This document shows, in pieces, positions 13,501 to 25,412 of a stretch of 64,000 nucleotides of DNA (position 1 is its first letter; each line of letters opens with the position of its first letter). Under the pieces are notes generated by a model. The model saw only the letters and a list, made by a program, of their open reading frames with translations, was not told where the DNA came from and did no database searches. Origin of the DNA: Eutreptiella sp. 'Long Island Sound 2002' (Eukaryota > Protista > Euglenida). The translations under genes and the position numbers were made by a program. The stretch covers positions 3,782,001 to 3,846,000 of the forward strand of contig OZ038378.1 in the NCBI GenBank assembly GCA_964036045.1, in the 5' to 3' direction.

Positions 13501-15281
13501 CGGCCGGGACCGCATTTTTTTGGGACTTTATTGTTCGCTCGACCCGGGAGAGGGGGGGTAGTAGGCTGCTCGCTGGCATTGGGTGAGGAACAATCATTTC
13601 CCAGGGGCGCGGGGGCTGTCTCATGCCGGAAGGGACGACATTATTGTTGGCGCTGAACCATTTTGCCGGAGCCCATTTTGGTTGGGGCTCTGCCTCCTCT
13701 GCACCCCGTCAGCTCCAGCTCTGGGCTTTTTGGGCACTCTTCTGCAGTTGCATGGGGCCGGCACACCTTGATCCTGCTCTTCCTACGCTCCCATTGCAGG
13801 TGCCGAAGCGGTTGGACCTGAACCAGGGCATCCACACGACGGCGGAGCTGTCGGGGTTTCTAGACATCCGCGACAGTTACATCTGGTCCATGGTGAAGAA
13901 GTGGTTCGACCACTATTTGAAGGGCATCCCCAATGACCTCGAGTTCGAGCCAAAAGTTACGATGCAGCTCAGCAACCTTCCGCCCAAGCGCCTCCACTTT
14001 TACAGTTGGCCCCTGAAAGGCGTGCACCAGGTGCAGCACTATCTTCAGCCACGTGGTAAAGGCCGTTACGGAGGATTGCGGTCTGACGTGGCCGATTGCA
14101 CGAGCAACGCCAGCGGCACAGGGATTTGCGATATGGACACGATCACGCACATGAGGGTGACGCATCTGAGTGCAGGCATCCCGCTTGTGGGCCCGGTATG
14201 CCACTGCACTTGCCTCCGTAAAGTCAGCGGCTGTTGGGCAGTCAACGTCTTCTGAAGAGGACTGTGTCCAACTGCCAGCGGTTGATGGTTGACCGACGGG
14301 TGCTCTGTTGAGATGTGCTGTGCACATGGGCTGCGGCATTGGCTTCCAGGTAGCTTGGAGCCAAGTGTGAAAGGACGGCTTCGGATGCAACCCGGGCTGA
14401 GGCGCGTCCCCACCTTCACGACATCATTCCTTCAATGAGGCCTGGTCCCTGTCTGTGTTTGTGCCCCGCTGTCCCTTTGTTTGTCCTGCCCACGCTTTCC
14501 ACATACAGATTCTCCCCCTCTCCCTAACATGCACTTTGAAAGGGAGGGGGTGCCCTTGACGGGATAGTGGTACGCCCCCCCCCCCCCTCACTCTTTCGGG
14601 GTGACAGTTCTTTCTGCCCCAACTTCTTCTGTCTGCCTCCAACGGCCCACCCTCCGTTTTGTTATTGCCTCCCCTTGCCCCGCGACCGCTTTTCCAAACA
14701 CCAGTAACGAATTTGCCAAACCACTTCTGAAATCCTTGAGCAGCCTCCTGCCCCTCAGTGCATCCCTGCCCCCCCCCCCCCCCCAACACGGAATCCACGC
14801 TGTCATGTAGCACGGAAGGATCGCGCTGCCACACCCCCTGAATGTTGAATGTTGTATGTACACTAACTTTAACCGGACCTGTACCCACTGGGGTTTTCAA
14901 CCTAAGGCCCCCACAACGCCCGACCAAGTGTGGCCAGATGGGGCCAGCTACTACAGCAGCACGGGGAGGGAGTGACCCCTGACCAGCATGTACGCCTAAC
15001 CCAGTAGAGCCCAGAACGCCAATGCGGCCAGTGGAGGTAGGGTCGAGGGATGAACATCAGTTCGCCGGACACTCAACGGACGCGCCACACATTGGCATGA
15101 TGGACTGAAGGCGATGACCGTCGCGGGGCAGGCGCGACCAGAGCCTAATGCGGACACTGCAACCTGACCATATTGAAGCCCCCCCCAACACACCTCTGCC
15201 AGGCTGCATGCCTCGTTTGCGTCCTTTTCCTTCGCTTGTCGGCGACCTGACCTGCACCCCTGAAGCATTGCTTTCAATAAT

Positions 15282-15324
<43 letters not shown>

Positions 15325-18056
15325 CTTACCCCTCCAAGAAGTTAGCGATGTCAGTGAGACGTCACACCAAGGTGCTCGCTGATGGAGAGGGATGACTTGG
15401 GAGAACCCAAGTTGCAGTGGGCCCAGAGCACCAGTTGCTGGTTGTGTACAGTGTCGGTTTTGCCTCCTGTAAGGTAATGCATGTATGTGTTAGTCAGAGC
15501 TGGGCTGTACCCTGGTTTGTCTGTGTATTGCCTGCTGTTGACTGCATCCCCTGTACTCCAGAGCATCTGTTTTGGAGTGAGAGAAATTCTCTTTTGCACT
15601 TCTGTTTTGGTCGAACAGTGTGTGTGTGTGCACCCACTACAAGAGTGTGTGTGTGTGTTGGCGTCAGTGTCTGTCCCTGTGTCCGTGTGCCTGAGCCTGT
15701 GTTCCGGTGGTGGAATATCCCTTGATGCCTTTCTTCAGATCTTTGAGGTGTATGTCAGGGTGCCGATCCGCTGTACGTTTGGCATCGTGCCCAGGGCCGG
15801 GGCGTTGCTCTATTTTGGGACGGAAATGGAGACGAGCAAGTACGTCGTCGGAAACCCCACGTTGACGCTGTGGGTGATCCCCTCCCAGCCGCGCTTTCAG
15901 GTACAGCCAACGTGCCCCAGCGACCCTCTGCCCTGACCCCCCACAGCTGCCGGAGTCCCCGGGCTGCCAAGGGTCACAGGAGGACTACTTGGGGGGCGGG
16001 GGGCAGGGACATATAAGACATCCGCCACAGCCCCGCATCCCTGCCTCCCCCAACGTCTCTGCACTCGTTCGGTGGGGTCCACCCTCAGTCGAGGAATGCG
16101 CACCGAACGGGTTTTCATGGGCACTCGGAATGTGTTGGGCAATGCTGCGCAAATCAGGGGGCTAGTGGTGACAGGCATGCGTCTGTACCCCCCTGTGTCC
16201 AACGAATGCCTTGTCCAACGAACACTTCCGGTCGGACTGTATTTTTTGGGGACCCAATTAGTTGAGGCACCGGGTTTCAGAACCGAGGTTTCAGGCTGAA
16301 GGATTGGGGAAATGAGGGGATGTTGTTGTGCATTGTGCAATAATGGTGGACAAATTTGTGAAGCAGGATGTGAGGGAATTCCCTCACATCCTGCTCTACA
16401 AATATCCCTCAACTACGGGACCTCTATTGCCCACGATGACTGACTTACACCTGCCCGGGAGGTGCTATACAGGGAGGACGGTGCTGTCCCATCAAATCTG
16501 TCCCTCCTCGAGGTGCCTGAGCCAGATGTGGCTGCCATTTCTCCCCGTGCCAAGAGCGGCCCCAAGCCGGGGGAGCATGTACATCTTTTCAGGATGGAGC
16601 GGGACCACACCAAGGGCTTCTACTCTGAAACAGTGCCAATTGGAAGCCTCCATCGCCTTGTGCTTTGATTGGGCTGGGTATCTCGTGCCTAGGGATGGGT
16701 TACTGGAGTTTGACAACATTGTTGGGCGCACCGAATGGTGTATCCAACGAACACTCCTGTTCGGGCCGTATCTTTGAGGACTGTATTGTTCGCTGGACAC
16801 AGGGGTACTGCAGGTTCCCCTCTGCCATGCAAGCGCATCGCGCATGACCAGAGCGGAGCACAGGAGACCTGACACGGGGTAGGCCTTGTGCCTGCCCCCA
16901 GGCACCCCATTGGGCAGAGATTGAGCAGCACCCTCCGGAGGGCCGTTTCATGTGGTCCGCCCCCCCCCCCCCCTCTCACGCGCAAACCGAAGATGGTGAC
17001 GCTCTGGTGAAGGGGGGGGGGGATGCCATGGCGGCGAGGACAAAAACAGGTCAAGGGAACGGGCCAACAACAATGCACGGTGCATTTTCTCGGGGAGGCG
17101 GTCGCCGCAATTACATGTACGGTCGTGGGGCTCGGCGGTTAGTGGCACTGGACGTGCCGGTGCAGAACAAGACGCAAGCGAGAGAAGGTGGCTGGGCCAC
17201 CGGCGTCAGCACCGCGACGTTGTGGAAAGCCTTGTCCACTGGCCCACTCGCTGCTCACAATGGCGCACCGTTGGAGCGGCCGGAGGGATGGGGTGGCGGT
17301 GGAGGTCCCACAAAGGCCGGTTGGTTACGTTGCAGTCCAACCAGTGTCCAGTGCCTTGTCACGGTGTGTTCGGCCTGGTGCTCCGTTCCCCTGTGCCGCT
17401 TACAAGACCTCCGCATTGAGCACACCCCTGTCCCCTATTCCACCCGCGGGCGTACTGCCCCCTCATGCTCCTTTACCTTTGGCCTCATGGCCCCCCCTTC
17501 AACTCAGGTGAATGCGTATCTGTACATCAGCTCTCGAGGTGCTCTCAACAGCCACCGGATGGGGACCCTATTGTCCCATACCACCCACACAGGCTGGGCC
17601 GCCAAGGCAGGCGAGCCCCTCAAGCTCCTGCTGCACTTCCACACCGTCGCCCATGCCCTGGCAGCGGGGCAGATGTTGGTGCTGGGCCTCAACACGTACA
17701 ACGACCTTTACGCATCCCCCAGCTACAAGCCCTACACAGTCCAAGTGTTATACGACCGCGCACACGCCCCCGTTCTGAACGTCCCTTTCGGCGCCGACTT
17801 TTTTGTGCGGGACGACGGCCTCACCGCAGCTGCGCCCTCTTTGCCCCCCCGAGGCAGGGCCGTGAGGGTCTCAGTTTCCGGGATTGGGCTGATGGTACTC
17901 ATGGGAGGGCTGTTGGGGGCAGTGGTGACGCTTCGGAGGAGGCGGTGGTTGCTGAGGGGGCAAGCGTCCAGCGCCGGAGCCCCCGGAGTGGTCGTGCACG
18001 GGGTCGCTGCTCTGGATGCGCCGGGGTACACTGCACTGACCGGACTCAGTTACTGA
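7252..18056 (+). CDS. CocE/NonD family (peptidase S15, X-Pro dipeptidyl-peptidase-like) serine hydrolase, 7 exons, 633 aa, with signal peptide and C-terminal TM anchor
   Basis: Exons 7252-7538, 7961-8143, 11167-11317, 12518-12691, 13800-14195, 15739-15900 and 17508-18056 join in frame through GT-AG introns (1902 nt). Motifs YSAR/GWHMSGG, GLSYGG (Ser), NNFEDRLF (Asp), QGIHTTAE (His), WFDHYLKG; hydrophobic IGLMVLMGGLLGAVVTL followed by RRRR. Confidence 0.88.
7961..8143 (+). CDS. S15 hydrolase exon 2 (nucleophile elbow)
   Basis: GWHMSGGTIGVAGPEDASDISTIIDWVL...VGMVGLSYGGMLALL; cacAG acceptor, donor GTCTGA. Confidence 0.9.
11167..11317 (+). CDS. S15 hydrolase exon 3
   Basis: IKAVVSLSGPADLGASLYPG...YLK; cgcAG acceptor, donor GTGTTG. 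Confidence 0.85.
11632..12140. mobile_element. MITE related to the pogo-like element at 52160 (inside S15 intron 3)
   Basis: Ends (ca)gtgtaaacccacccccaaaaatagga / ttcttatttttggggcgggggtttacatg; repeated GGTTCTTATTTTT motifs also present, inverted, at 52160-52270. Confidence 0.55.
12518..12691 (+). CDS. S15 hydrolase exon 4 (catalytic Asp)
   Basis: DLLTYTNVSHVLDWAAQRSP...NNFEDRLFFPD...DALE; donor GTGCTC. Confidence 0.85.
13358..13558. mobile_element. TA-TSD MITE (Tc1/mariner-type), short copy
   Basis: TA at 13356-57 and 13559-60; ends ccccc..ctgtccaacgaa / ttcgctcgacccggg..ggg; same family as 16188-16805. Confidence 0.7.
13800..14195 (+). CDS. S15 hydrolase exon 5 (catalytic His)
   Basis: VPKRLDLNQGIHTTAELSG...WFDHYLKG...SAGIPLVGP; donor GTATGC. 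Confidence 0.88.
15739..15900 (+). CDS. S15 hydrolase exon 6
   Basis: IFEVYVRVPI...YVVGNPTLTLWVIPSQPRFQ; donor GTACAG. Confidence 0.8.
16188..16805. mobile_element. TA-TSD MITE (Tc1/mariner-type), long copy
   Basis: TIR CCCC(CC)TGTGTCCARCGAA; TA at 16186-87 and 16806-07. Confidence 0.8.
17508..18056 (+). CDS. S15 hydrolase exon 7 (C-terminal beta domain plus TM helix)
   Basis: VNAYLYI...HTVAHALAAGQMLVLGLNTYNDLY..., then TM segment and stop. Confidence 0.85.
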   Translation: MNAYLYISSRGALNSHRMGTLLSHTTHTGWAAKAGEPLKLLLHFHTVAHALAAGQMLVLGLNTYNDLYASPSYKPYTVQVLYDRAHAPVLNVPFGADFFVRDDGLTAAAPSLPPRGRAVRVSVSGIGLMVLMGGLLGAVVTLRRRRWLLRGQASSAGAPGVVVHGVAALDAPGYTALTGLSY

Positions 18057-21000
18057 CGGGTGATCTTCACAGGTTCCGCAGGGTTTACGATGATCCAGAA
18101 TACATAACCCGGCGCTTGTAGGGCGCGGGGTCCTAATATCGCTTTATGATCTGGAACGATGCCACAAGCCTGTGGCTGGTTTTACACGCATGTTTGTGTT
18201 TGGTGCAAGTCGCGTCAAAGGGAAAAAAATGCGCAAATGATGTCAGCCGCGTGTTGTGCGCGAGGTACAGCACCAAAAAAGTACGTGTGTTACGCTTTTT
18301 TTGGTACGCGCCTTGGCATTAACAAAAGGAGCACGCGAATTACGGCAACCGGCCCGGCACTTTTGAGCCCCAGCAAACGCAGAGGCTGAGAAATGGCGGA
18401 GCAAGGGGTGTCCCTGCACCGATCCCGCATATATCGCACAAAGTCGCTGCCACACCTTGGAGGTGGGGGGGGGTATGGGGGGGTGGGTGGTGTGGGGTGT
18501 GTGGGGTGTGTTTTGGGGGGTTTGGATTTGGATTTGGTGGCCGATCTTAAGGCTCACAAGATGCCCGGGGAGGAGCACGATGGCATCCCCAACGATTCTG
18601 CATATCGGCCGGCCATGCCATGCGGAATGCATGTCGCAGGCCCTCGACGGACCTCCCCAGCACGCGGCCCTGGGCAAGCATGTGCAGCCGCAGCATGCCG
18701 CAGCACCCGTTTTTTGGAGCTGCACATAGGGGTTTGGAAGCATGCCGCAGCATGCTGCAGCATCCCAGTTTTTGAGTTCATGTGTCTGTCTGCCTGCTCC
18801 TGCTCTGTTTGCACGGGAGACATTCTGCTTGCCCCATGTCTCCCCAGTTTGCTTGCCATGTTGAGCGAACGTTCAGTTTGATGGGCCACATCCAGACAAA
18901 GGACCGTTTGCATATGGGCAACAACAATTTGCGCCATTTGGCGATGATGTATGTCAACAAACCCACTACAGACGATCCGGATGGTGAAAGTGATTAATTC
19001 GGCCCAACAGTGTTGTGCATGTTGTCTCTTGTTTGTGAGTTCAATTTCCCACAGATGCGTAGGTACCCACATGTGCAGGTAGAAGCATGCCGCAGCATGC
19101 CGCAGCATGCCGCAGCACAAGTAATTTTTCCGAGGGACCGCACATGCTTGGCCCTGGGCGCTGCCGAGTCTGCGGCAGCGCAGGGTTACGCCCCGCTTGT
19201 CGCACGGGGCGCTCCTGGCCCGCCCCGGAGCCTGCCTCTGCATCTTCTCCGGGGGTGCAGGGCCGCCTACGCCTCGTTCCACCCCCCCCCCCCCCCGGTG
19301 TGGGTATGTGTCGTAAGGCATAACCCGGTCTTTGCCTGAACATCCCTCCGGGGTGGCCGTTCCCCTCCGGGGCCAGTGGCGGTCTTGGGCCCCTGCTGGG
19401 TGCTCGCCCAAAACGTTTCGAAAAGCTCGCCCGCCCCGCCCCCGTTTCACTCGCGCTCCTCCGCAGCCTCAAGCCTGCTCCCGTTCCCAAGCTGCTGACG
19501 GGCTGGACCCGCTCATGCCCCACTGCCGGTCGCGGCCATCGCTGCCCCCCCCCCCCCCCCCCAAATGGGACCTGTCCCATGATACATGCTAGATTTCAAC
19601 GGGCTGAGAGCATGTCACAGACGAAGCCCACAGTGCAGCCCTGCAACTTGGTACTCTGGTGTCAGCTTTTGAAGGTTGCACTGCAGGCCCGTCAACAATG
19701 AAGGATTTTCGAGGCGTCTTTTTGTACCAAGTGGGTTTAGCTCATGCGGTGGCCTTCGGATCAGACGGCTACACCCCCACTGTGATGGTGATCAAAAGGA
19801 CCGCTTTCCCTCCATCATTGCAATCCTGGAAGTAGGTGACCTTAAACATTCGATTGCACGAGCAAGTGCTGCTGGTCCCCTGCTGTTGTATATGAGAGAC
19901 TGCTGTTTTGTACATACGGAGACGGCTGGTTTTGTGCATAACTCTGACCGTAAATATTCTCAGGGGCCTGCGGAGGCAGGGGGACTGAATGGCTTAGTCA
20001 GGGACTGCTGCTTCCTTCACTGTTTGCTGCATCGGTGCACCATGGGCTCGACAAACATGAGCGTTGCGACTCGAGACGATCCAGCATTTCACATGTTGCA
20101 GCAGTGGTTTAATGATGGATTGCTTTTAGCACCTGATTGATTGCATGAGTGGCAGGTGTCTGCTGTGATGTGTGCTGACCCCTTCAGAGCAATGGACACG
20201 GACATGGGCAGAGATTCGTACCTCCTTCATAACCTTCCAACCGTTACATACCCGACACACCAATCAAACGACTACACGTAGACTGATTCCCAAATCGGAC
20301 CCTCAGAAGAGGCACACTACTTAAGGTGAAGCCCAGTGACACTCAGTGTTCTTGTGATCCTCAAGAAATTCCTTTCAGTCCCTCAAGAGAGACATCAACT
20401 TCAGCCTCAGTGCATATGGACCTGCGTTCCCACCGTTGCATCCAAATCTTACCCTGACCTTATGACTCAAAACCAAACCGTTTGTTTTAGGGGTGAGATT
20501 TGTGTATTTGGCATGAATGGAGGGCTGCCAAGTTTTGTTTCCGGGCTTCCCAATGTTGGAGAGCACTCTCTACTTTGCAGATTGCAGACCCTGTTCCACG
20601 GCGTCGCAATCGCTCGGATGGGCCAGCGCTGTCCTTAAGCACCCAGAGTTTTCCCTTTGTACTCATTTGCAGGCTGTTACTGGCCGACCTGCTGCCAAGT
20701 AATGGACAAATATGGTTTATTTCTCAAGCACAGACTGCCGCCCTCTTTTACTTTTGCTGCAAGTCAAATGCTGACTGCTGTCAGGTACCCACCAACTGGT
20801 GTCGATGACAAGCTGACCCATGTTGACCGACGTGGCGCTGTCAGTTGACTGCTGTCCCCCGTGCGATTCTTGGTGAGGTGAAATGGAGGCGCCCCATACC
20901 CTGTGAGGCCATTTCTGTGAAAGGCGCTCTCAGGGCTGTAATGTGCACTGTGCAAAGTGCCATACAAGTCACCTCGTTCCGTGCTTGATAAGCTCCACAC

Positions 21001-22544
21001 GGGGTAGGTGTCAGGTACGGTGGGGCGTGAACCTCAAAGACCACAACAGTTAGTTAGCCGAGAGTGCACAGCCGCAAAGCAGTGATTGCTAAGCCCTCCG
21101 TTGGAAAGGCCTGTAACTTTTTGTAAGGCATCGTTCTTTCTGTACCCTCGACCCCCCCCCCCCCCACTCTTCAGTGGTGACCCTGTACAATAGAATTGTG
21201 TGGAGTATCCACAATATATGCGTTGCATGGCTCTGATGCCCTGGGCATGTGTGCCATAAGGACTATGCTTTGCCTGAGGCACAGGATCCAAGACGCCTCC
21301 GCCTTGATTGGTTGTCCAAAGCGCCTGCACCAGCCCTGTGAATAGTCCTCGGGCAGACATGCAGAACCTTTGCTCACAACATTGAAGGATATATAGCCCT
21401 CAGCAGCAGAAGTGATTGCTTGAGCGACTGCTGTTGTCTCAATGTCGGCAACCTCCAAAAGCCTTGTAGCAAGAAAGTAGATTCCAACTGCTTTGGCATA
21501 GCAAAAGGTGTTGCTAGATGTCATCAATCAGTTTTCGCTTTCGTAAACTTCGTAAATGCTCGTATTCTTAACCTTTTGTTGTGTTGCCTGGTAGTGTGCA
21601 CTGCTATGGACAGAGTTTGAAACATGTTGTCTCTGTTGCTGAAGCACTGCCCTTGTGCACGTACCACCAATTTTGGGACCATCAATGTTGTGGGTTGTTT
21701 TCATACTGCTACTACCCGCAGGAGCAAGAGGGGCACATAGGATCAGGCCCCCGTTAACTTGGATGCCTGGATGGCGTTTCAAGCATGTTTCCTGTTTGTC
21801 AGGTTCAGACGAAAGGTCGTTGGCTACGGGAACCCCGAAATAGTATTGTGGAGAGCTGATAAATGCCGCAGTCAGCATGAAGAGCTGAATGGCGTAGAAA
21901 AGAGGTTGCACCTTTTGTGCACATGGAACAGTTCCCACTAGAGAACGTGAGGGCAGTGCCTCACTGGTTCATCTAATTACATGGGAAAGTGTGGGTCTCG
22001 GCATCATAAGCACTCTGCATCTTTTGTGGCCTTGTTTTCCCAAGCTGTCTTGTCCAAGCCCTCTTCGGGAGAGTATGCTGCAAGCTGTTGATCATTAGCA
22101 ATGTCTGAAGGGGCACATTGTGCGTTGTGCACTGTACAAAAATTCAGCCGTTTCAGAACCCCCAACCAGCTGCATGTTTTCTATTTTCAAGGGCTGTATT
22201 GATGAGTCACTTGCGATGTTCCACCGATGTTGATGATGCTTGTGGCACCTAGGTGACCTTAAGGGTGACTTTGGTTGACTTGCGGTAGCCCTTTTGGCCA
22301 TTGCAGGTGGTGGTTTCCATGGTTGGTGGTTTTGTGGTTGGTTTTGGTACAGTCACCCCAATAACAGGTGCTGTGTGCAAACGCCCCCTGAGGCCCCTTG
22401 GTAGAGGCAGGTGGCGCCGACAAATGAGCAGCCCAAGTGCTTTTTTATGAGCCACAGGCCAGACAAGCCCGCACGCGGAGGATTTCCTCCATGAAGAAGC
22501 AACGCCCATGAGCCCTGCGGACGCGACAGCAAGTATGGCTGTAC

Positions 22545-22699
22545 ACTGCAGTTAGTGTAGCGCAGCGGAGGTAACGGAAGTTCTGCCACCGGGGCCCCAG
22601 CTCAACCCCTCCCCTGTCCTGCTCTTGACCCCCCCCCCCCCATCCTGCTCCCTCCCCAGCCTTTTATTATTTCTGTGCGAGTGGAGGGGGACTTCTGCC
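22545..22699 (+). repeat. Split direct repeat A1
   Basis: actgcagttagtgtagcgcagcggaggtaacggaagttctgcca...gacttctgcc, matches A2. Confidence 0.9.
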
Positions 22700-22704
22700 G
22701 AGCA

Positions 22705-23856
22705 ATGAGTACCATGATCAACGAAGGGGCTTGGGACTGGGCGCGTGTCCGAGACGACAGCCCCGTGGTAAAATCCAGCGCATGGTCACACCTGTTACAA
22801 ACCCCCTGGATGGCTCGCATGGTCCCCCTCCAGCACCGAACGGAGGTGCTCATGGCAAGAGTGGCCGGATGGGGCCCCGATGGAGGAGCATGGAGCCCGG
22901 CACACATGGTGCGGGCTTACCACGAGGCGCTGGGTGTGTCGTTCCACTCAGCTGACCCGCAAAAGTACCTGGACGCCTTACTGTATGGACTGACCCTCGC
23001 GTGGGGTACCGTTGCCATCTGCGACCTTGTATCCAAGGAGCTAGCAAAAAGTGGAACACGGAAGTATGCAGGCAATCAGGCAGGGACGAAATCTACGCCA
23101 AAAAAGCAATCAACCGGCGAGAAGAACCATGGGATGGCTGTCGATGAGGACGTCAAAAGAAGAGAATCACAGGTCGGATACGATGCTGGTGCTGGGGCTG
23201 AGGAGGATGAAGTGGCTCGCCCAGAAATGATACACAAGGAGCCCAGCTACAAAAATGCCCGGTGGCCGAGAAAAAGGCCTGGTGCCCCACGCCGGACCCA
23301 AAAAATCTGCAGGCTGCTTGAAGACCTCATGGAGGCTGACGAAACAGAGGCAGAAGCGGACATGGGAGCAGTAGTGTATGAGCCGTGGAAAATTCTGTTG
23401 GACTGCGATAAGTCAGGAAAAGATGCACTCAAATCGAAAATTAAGGAACACAAAAAGAAACAGAAGCACAAGGAGAAGAAGCAACACAAAAAGGAGCGCC
23501 GAAAAGAGAAGAAAGGACGGAAGTCATCAAAACGTGGAACAGGAAGGCGGGGGTCGCCAGACTCGACGCCGTCGTCGTCAGACGGCAGCAGCAGCGATGG
23601 CGATTCGGGATCCTCGTCGTCTGGGAGTTCCATTTCGTCAGGACGTTCCACCCGGAGGCAGAAAGATCGAGGAGGACAAAAAGGATCCCACCAACCGGAA
23701 TTCAAGTGGATCGATGGTAAGCGCCACTTCAAAAGCAAGAAATCAGGTGATTGGGTATGTTGCGAAGGACCGCCCAAAAGTGCCTGCCCATACTGCGGTG
23801 GCCACCACTGGTGGTTTGATCGGGAGAAGTTCGGGTGCAAGGGTCGACAGAAGTGA
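22705..23856 (+). CDS. ORF1, gag-like protein of the YR retrotransposon (intact frame)
   Basis: Long ORF right after A1, with a Lys-rich and Ser-rich low-complexity region and a C-terminal CPYCGGHHWWFDREKFGC zinc-knuckle-like motif. Confidence 0.65.
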   Translation: MSTMINEGAWDWARVRDDSPVVKSSAWSHLLQTPWMARMVPLQHRTEVLMARVAGWGPDGGAWSPAHMVRAYHEALGVSFHSADPQKYLDALLYGLTLAWGTVAICDLVSKELAKSGTRKYAGNQAGTKSTPKKQSTGEKNHGMAVDEDVKRRESQVGYDAGAGAEEDEVARPEMIHKEPSYKNARWPRKRPGAPRRTQKICRLLEDLMEADETEAEADMGAVVYEPWKILLDCDKSGKDALKSKIKEHKKKQKHKEKKQHKKERRKEKKGRKSSKRGTGRRGSPDSTPSSSDGSSSDGDSGSSSSGSSISSGRSTRRQKDRGGQKGSHQPEFKWIDGKRHFKSKKSGDWVCCEGPPKSACPYCGGHHWWFDREKFGCKGRQK

Positions 23857-23901
23857 CTTCACAGAGTGCAAGAGGAGGCCCAAGACCAGGCCTGGTCGCC
23901 G

Positions 23902-25412
23902 ATGGCAGGGCACCCGCCGCGAGACTGGCAGTGGGTGACGGCTCGTGACGAGTTCCAGAAGGCGCTGGATGAAGGATGTGGGACCACTTTCACTTCCGCG
24001 GCGCTCAGAGGATGGCGGCGAGATACGCTAAAGGGGTATCTTCGACACATCAAAAGGCTGGAGAACGGAGAGAATGCGGCCGGGCGATGGGCCACGAGCA
24101 GTCCTGGAGTCAAGGCTTGTGGCAATTGCGTAGGCAGACCAATCCGAGAGCCTGGGGAAGGCGGTGCTATCCGCGGCGCGTCTGGCGGAGAAAATGGGCT
24201 GGATGCCCACGGTGGTGCGGGCTTCCGACTGGAATCTGGTCATGGCCATCGAGCTGCAGCGGTCGAAGGAGGAACGTGCCGCTGCGAAAGAGTGGGCGCA
24301 GATCGACGACCTCATCAGGATATGCGGGGCTGCCAGAAGCCCATCCGATTGGGAGGCTGTTGCGCTGGTGTGCCTGTCGGTGGGGCACTGCCTGCGGGAC
24401 ATGGGGGGGAGGGCATCCAGTTTTTTGGAGCGAAGTCGAGAGGGGGGGGGGGCAGAACCAAGAGCTGGGGCCCTGGGGGCGAGAGTGGCTGCAATTCGTG
24501 GTTAAACTCAGGGCCCTCAAGGGGTTCCACCCCGACAGGGGGGCCTGGCACGGGTCGGGCGAGGCGTTGGATAAGACCCTGGTCAGCCTCCTCGAGCGGG
24601 GGGGGGGGGGGGAGACGATCCGAAGGCATGCGTTCCGGGGACTGGGGGCGGCCCAGCTCAAGGACATGGGTGCCCCCATGCAAACCATCATGCTCTGGGG
24701 GGGTTGGAAGACCCTGGGGGTCGCGAAGATGTATACGGAGGCCCCCCCCCCCAAATGGAAATTCGTCAGGTCGGGAGAAATCCCATGGCCAGCGTGGGGT
24801 GGCTCAGGCGAGAGGGAACCGGGGTACAGGGTCCGAAAAGGCAGCACCCTCGCTCTCTGGCCCTCCTGGGTCACGACAAAAATCACGTACGCCCAGAGCG
24901 AAGGTGCACGACATCCTGGGGGAAGGGATGCGACAGCCCAGGGTGCCGACAGGAAAAGGGGCCGAGCTGCCTCCCCCACTCCCCGAAGGAGGGGGGGGGG
25001 GGTGTTCAGATCATTGGCGTCGGAGGTGGCCGCCATGCGCGGTGTGAAGTCGCAGAGGCGGGAGATGGTCCGAAAAATGATTGTGGGGATGGGTGAAGCA
25101 ATGAGCTCCCTCCAGGGTGGGGACGAGGGCCTGAAGGTCCTCACAGATGTGCTCCAGCGGGTGCGGGACGGTGGTGACCTCGAAGAGGAGGATGATGGTC
25201 ACTATAGCAGCAGTGATGAAGAGGGCCCTGTCACTGCTGAGATGGCGGCTCGGGGTGTTGGTGAGGCGGGTTGTGTTGTGGTCGCAGACTCCATTTGGAA
25301 CAGACTGGTGCCACATGACCTCCTGCGTGTTTACGAAAGGGCCCGGCGAGACCGGGGAGAGGAGGCAAGCACTCCAGCAAAGCGACAGCATGCTCGAGTC
25401 CCTGCGGGTTGA
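23902..25412 (+). pseudogene. Tyrosine recombinase ORF (two frameshifts, one TAG stop)
   Basis: TLKGYLRHIKRL (core-binding helix), HCLR, HAFR (24627-24638), GGW, KMY (Tyr codon 24732-24734); TAG at 24131-24133. Confidence 0.85.
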
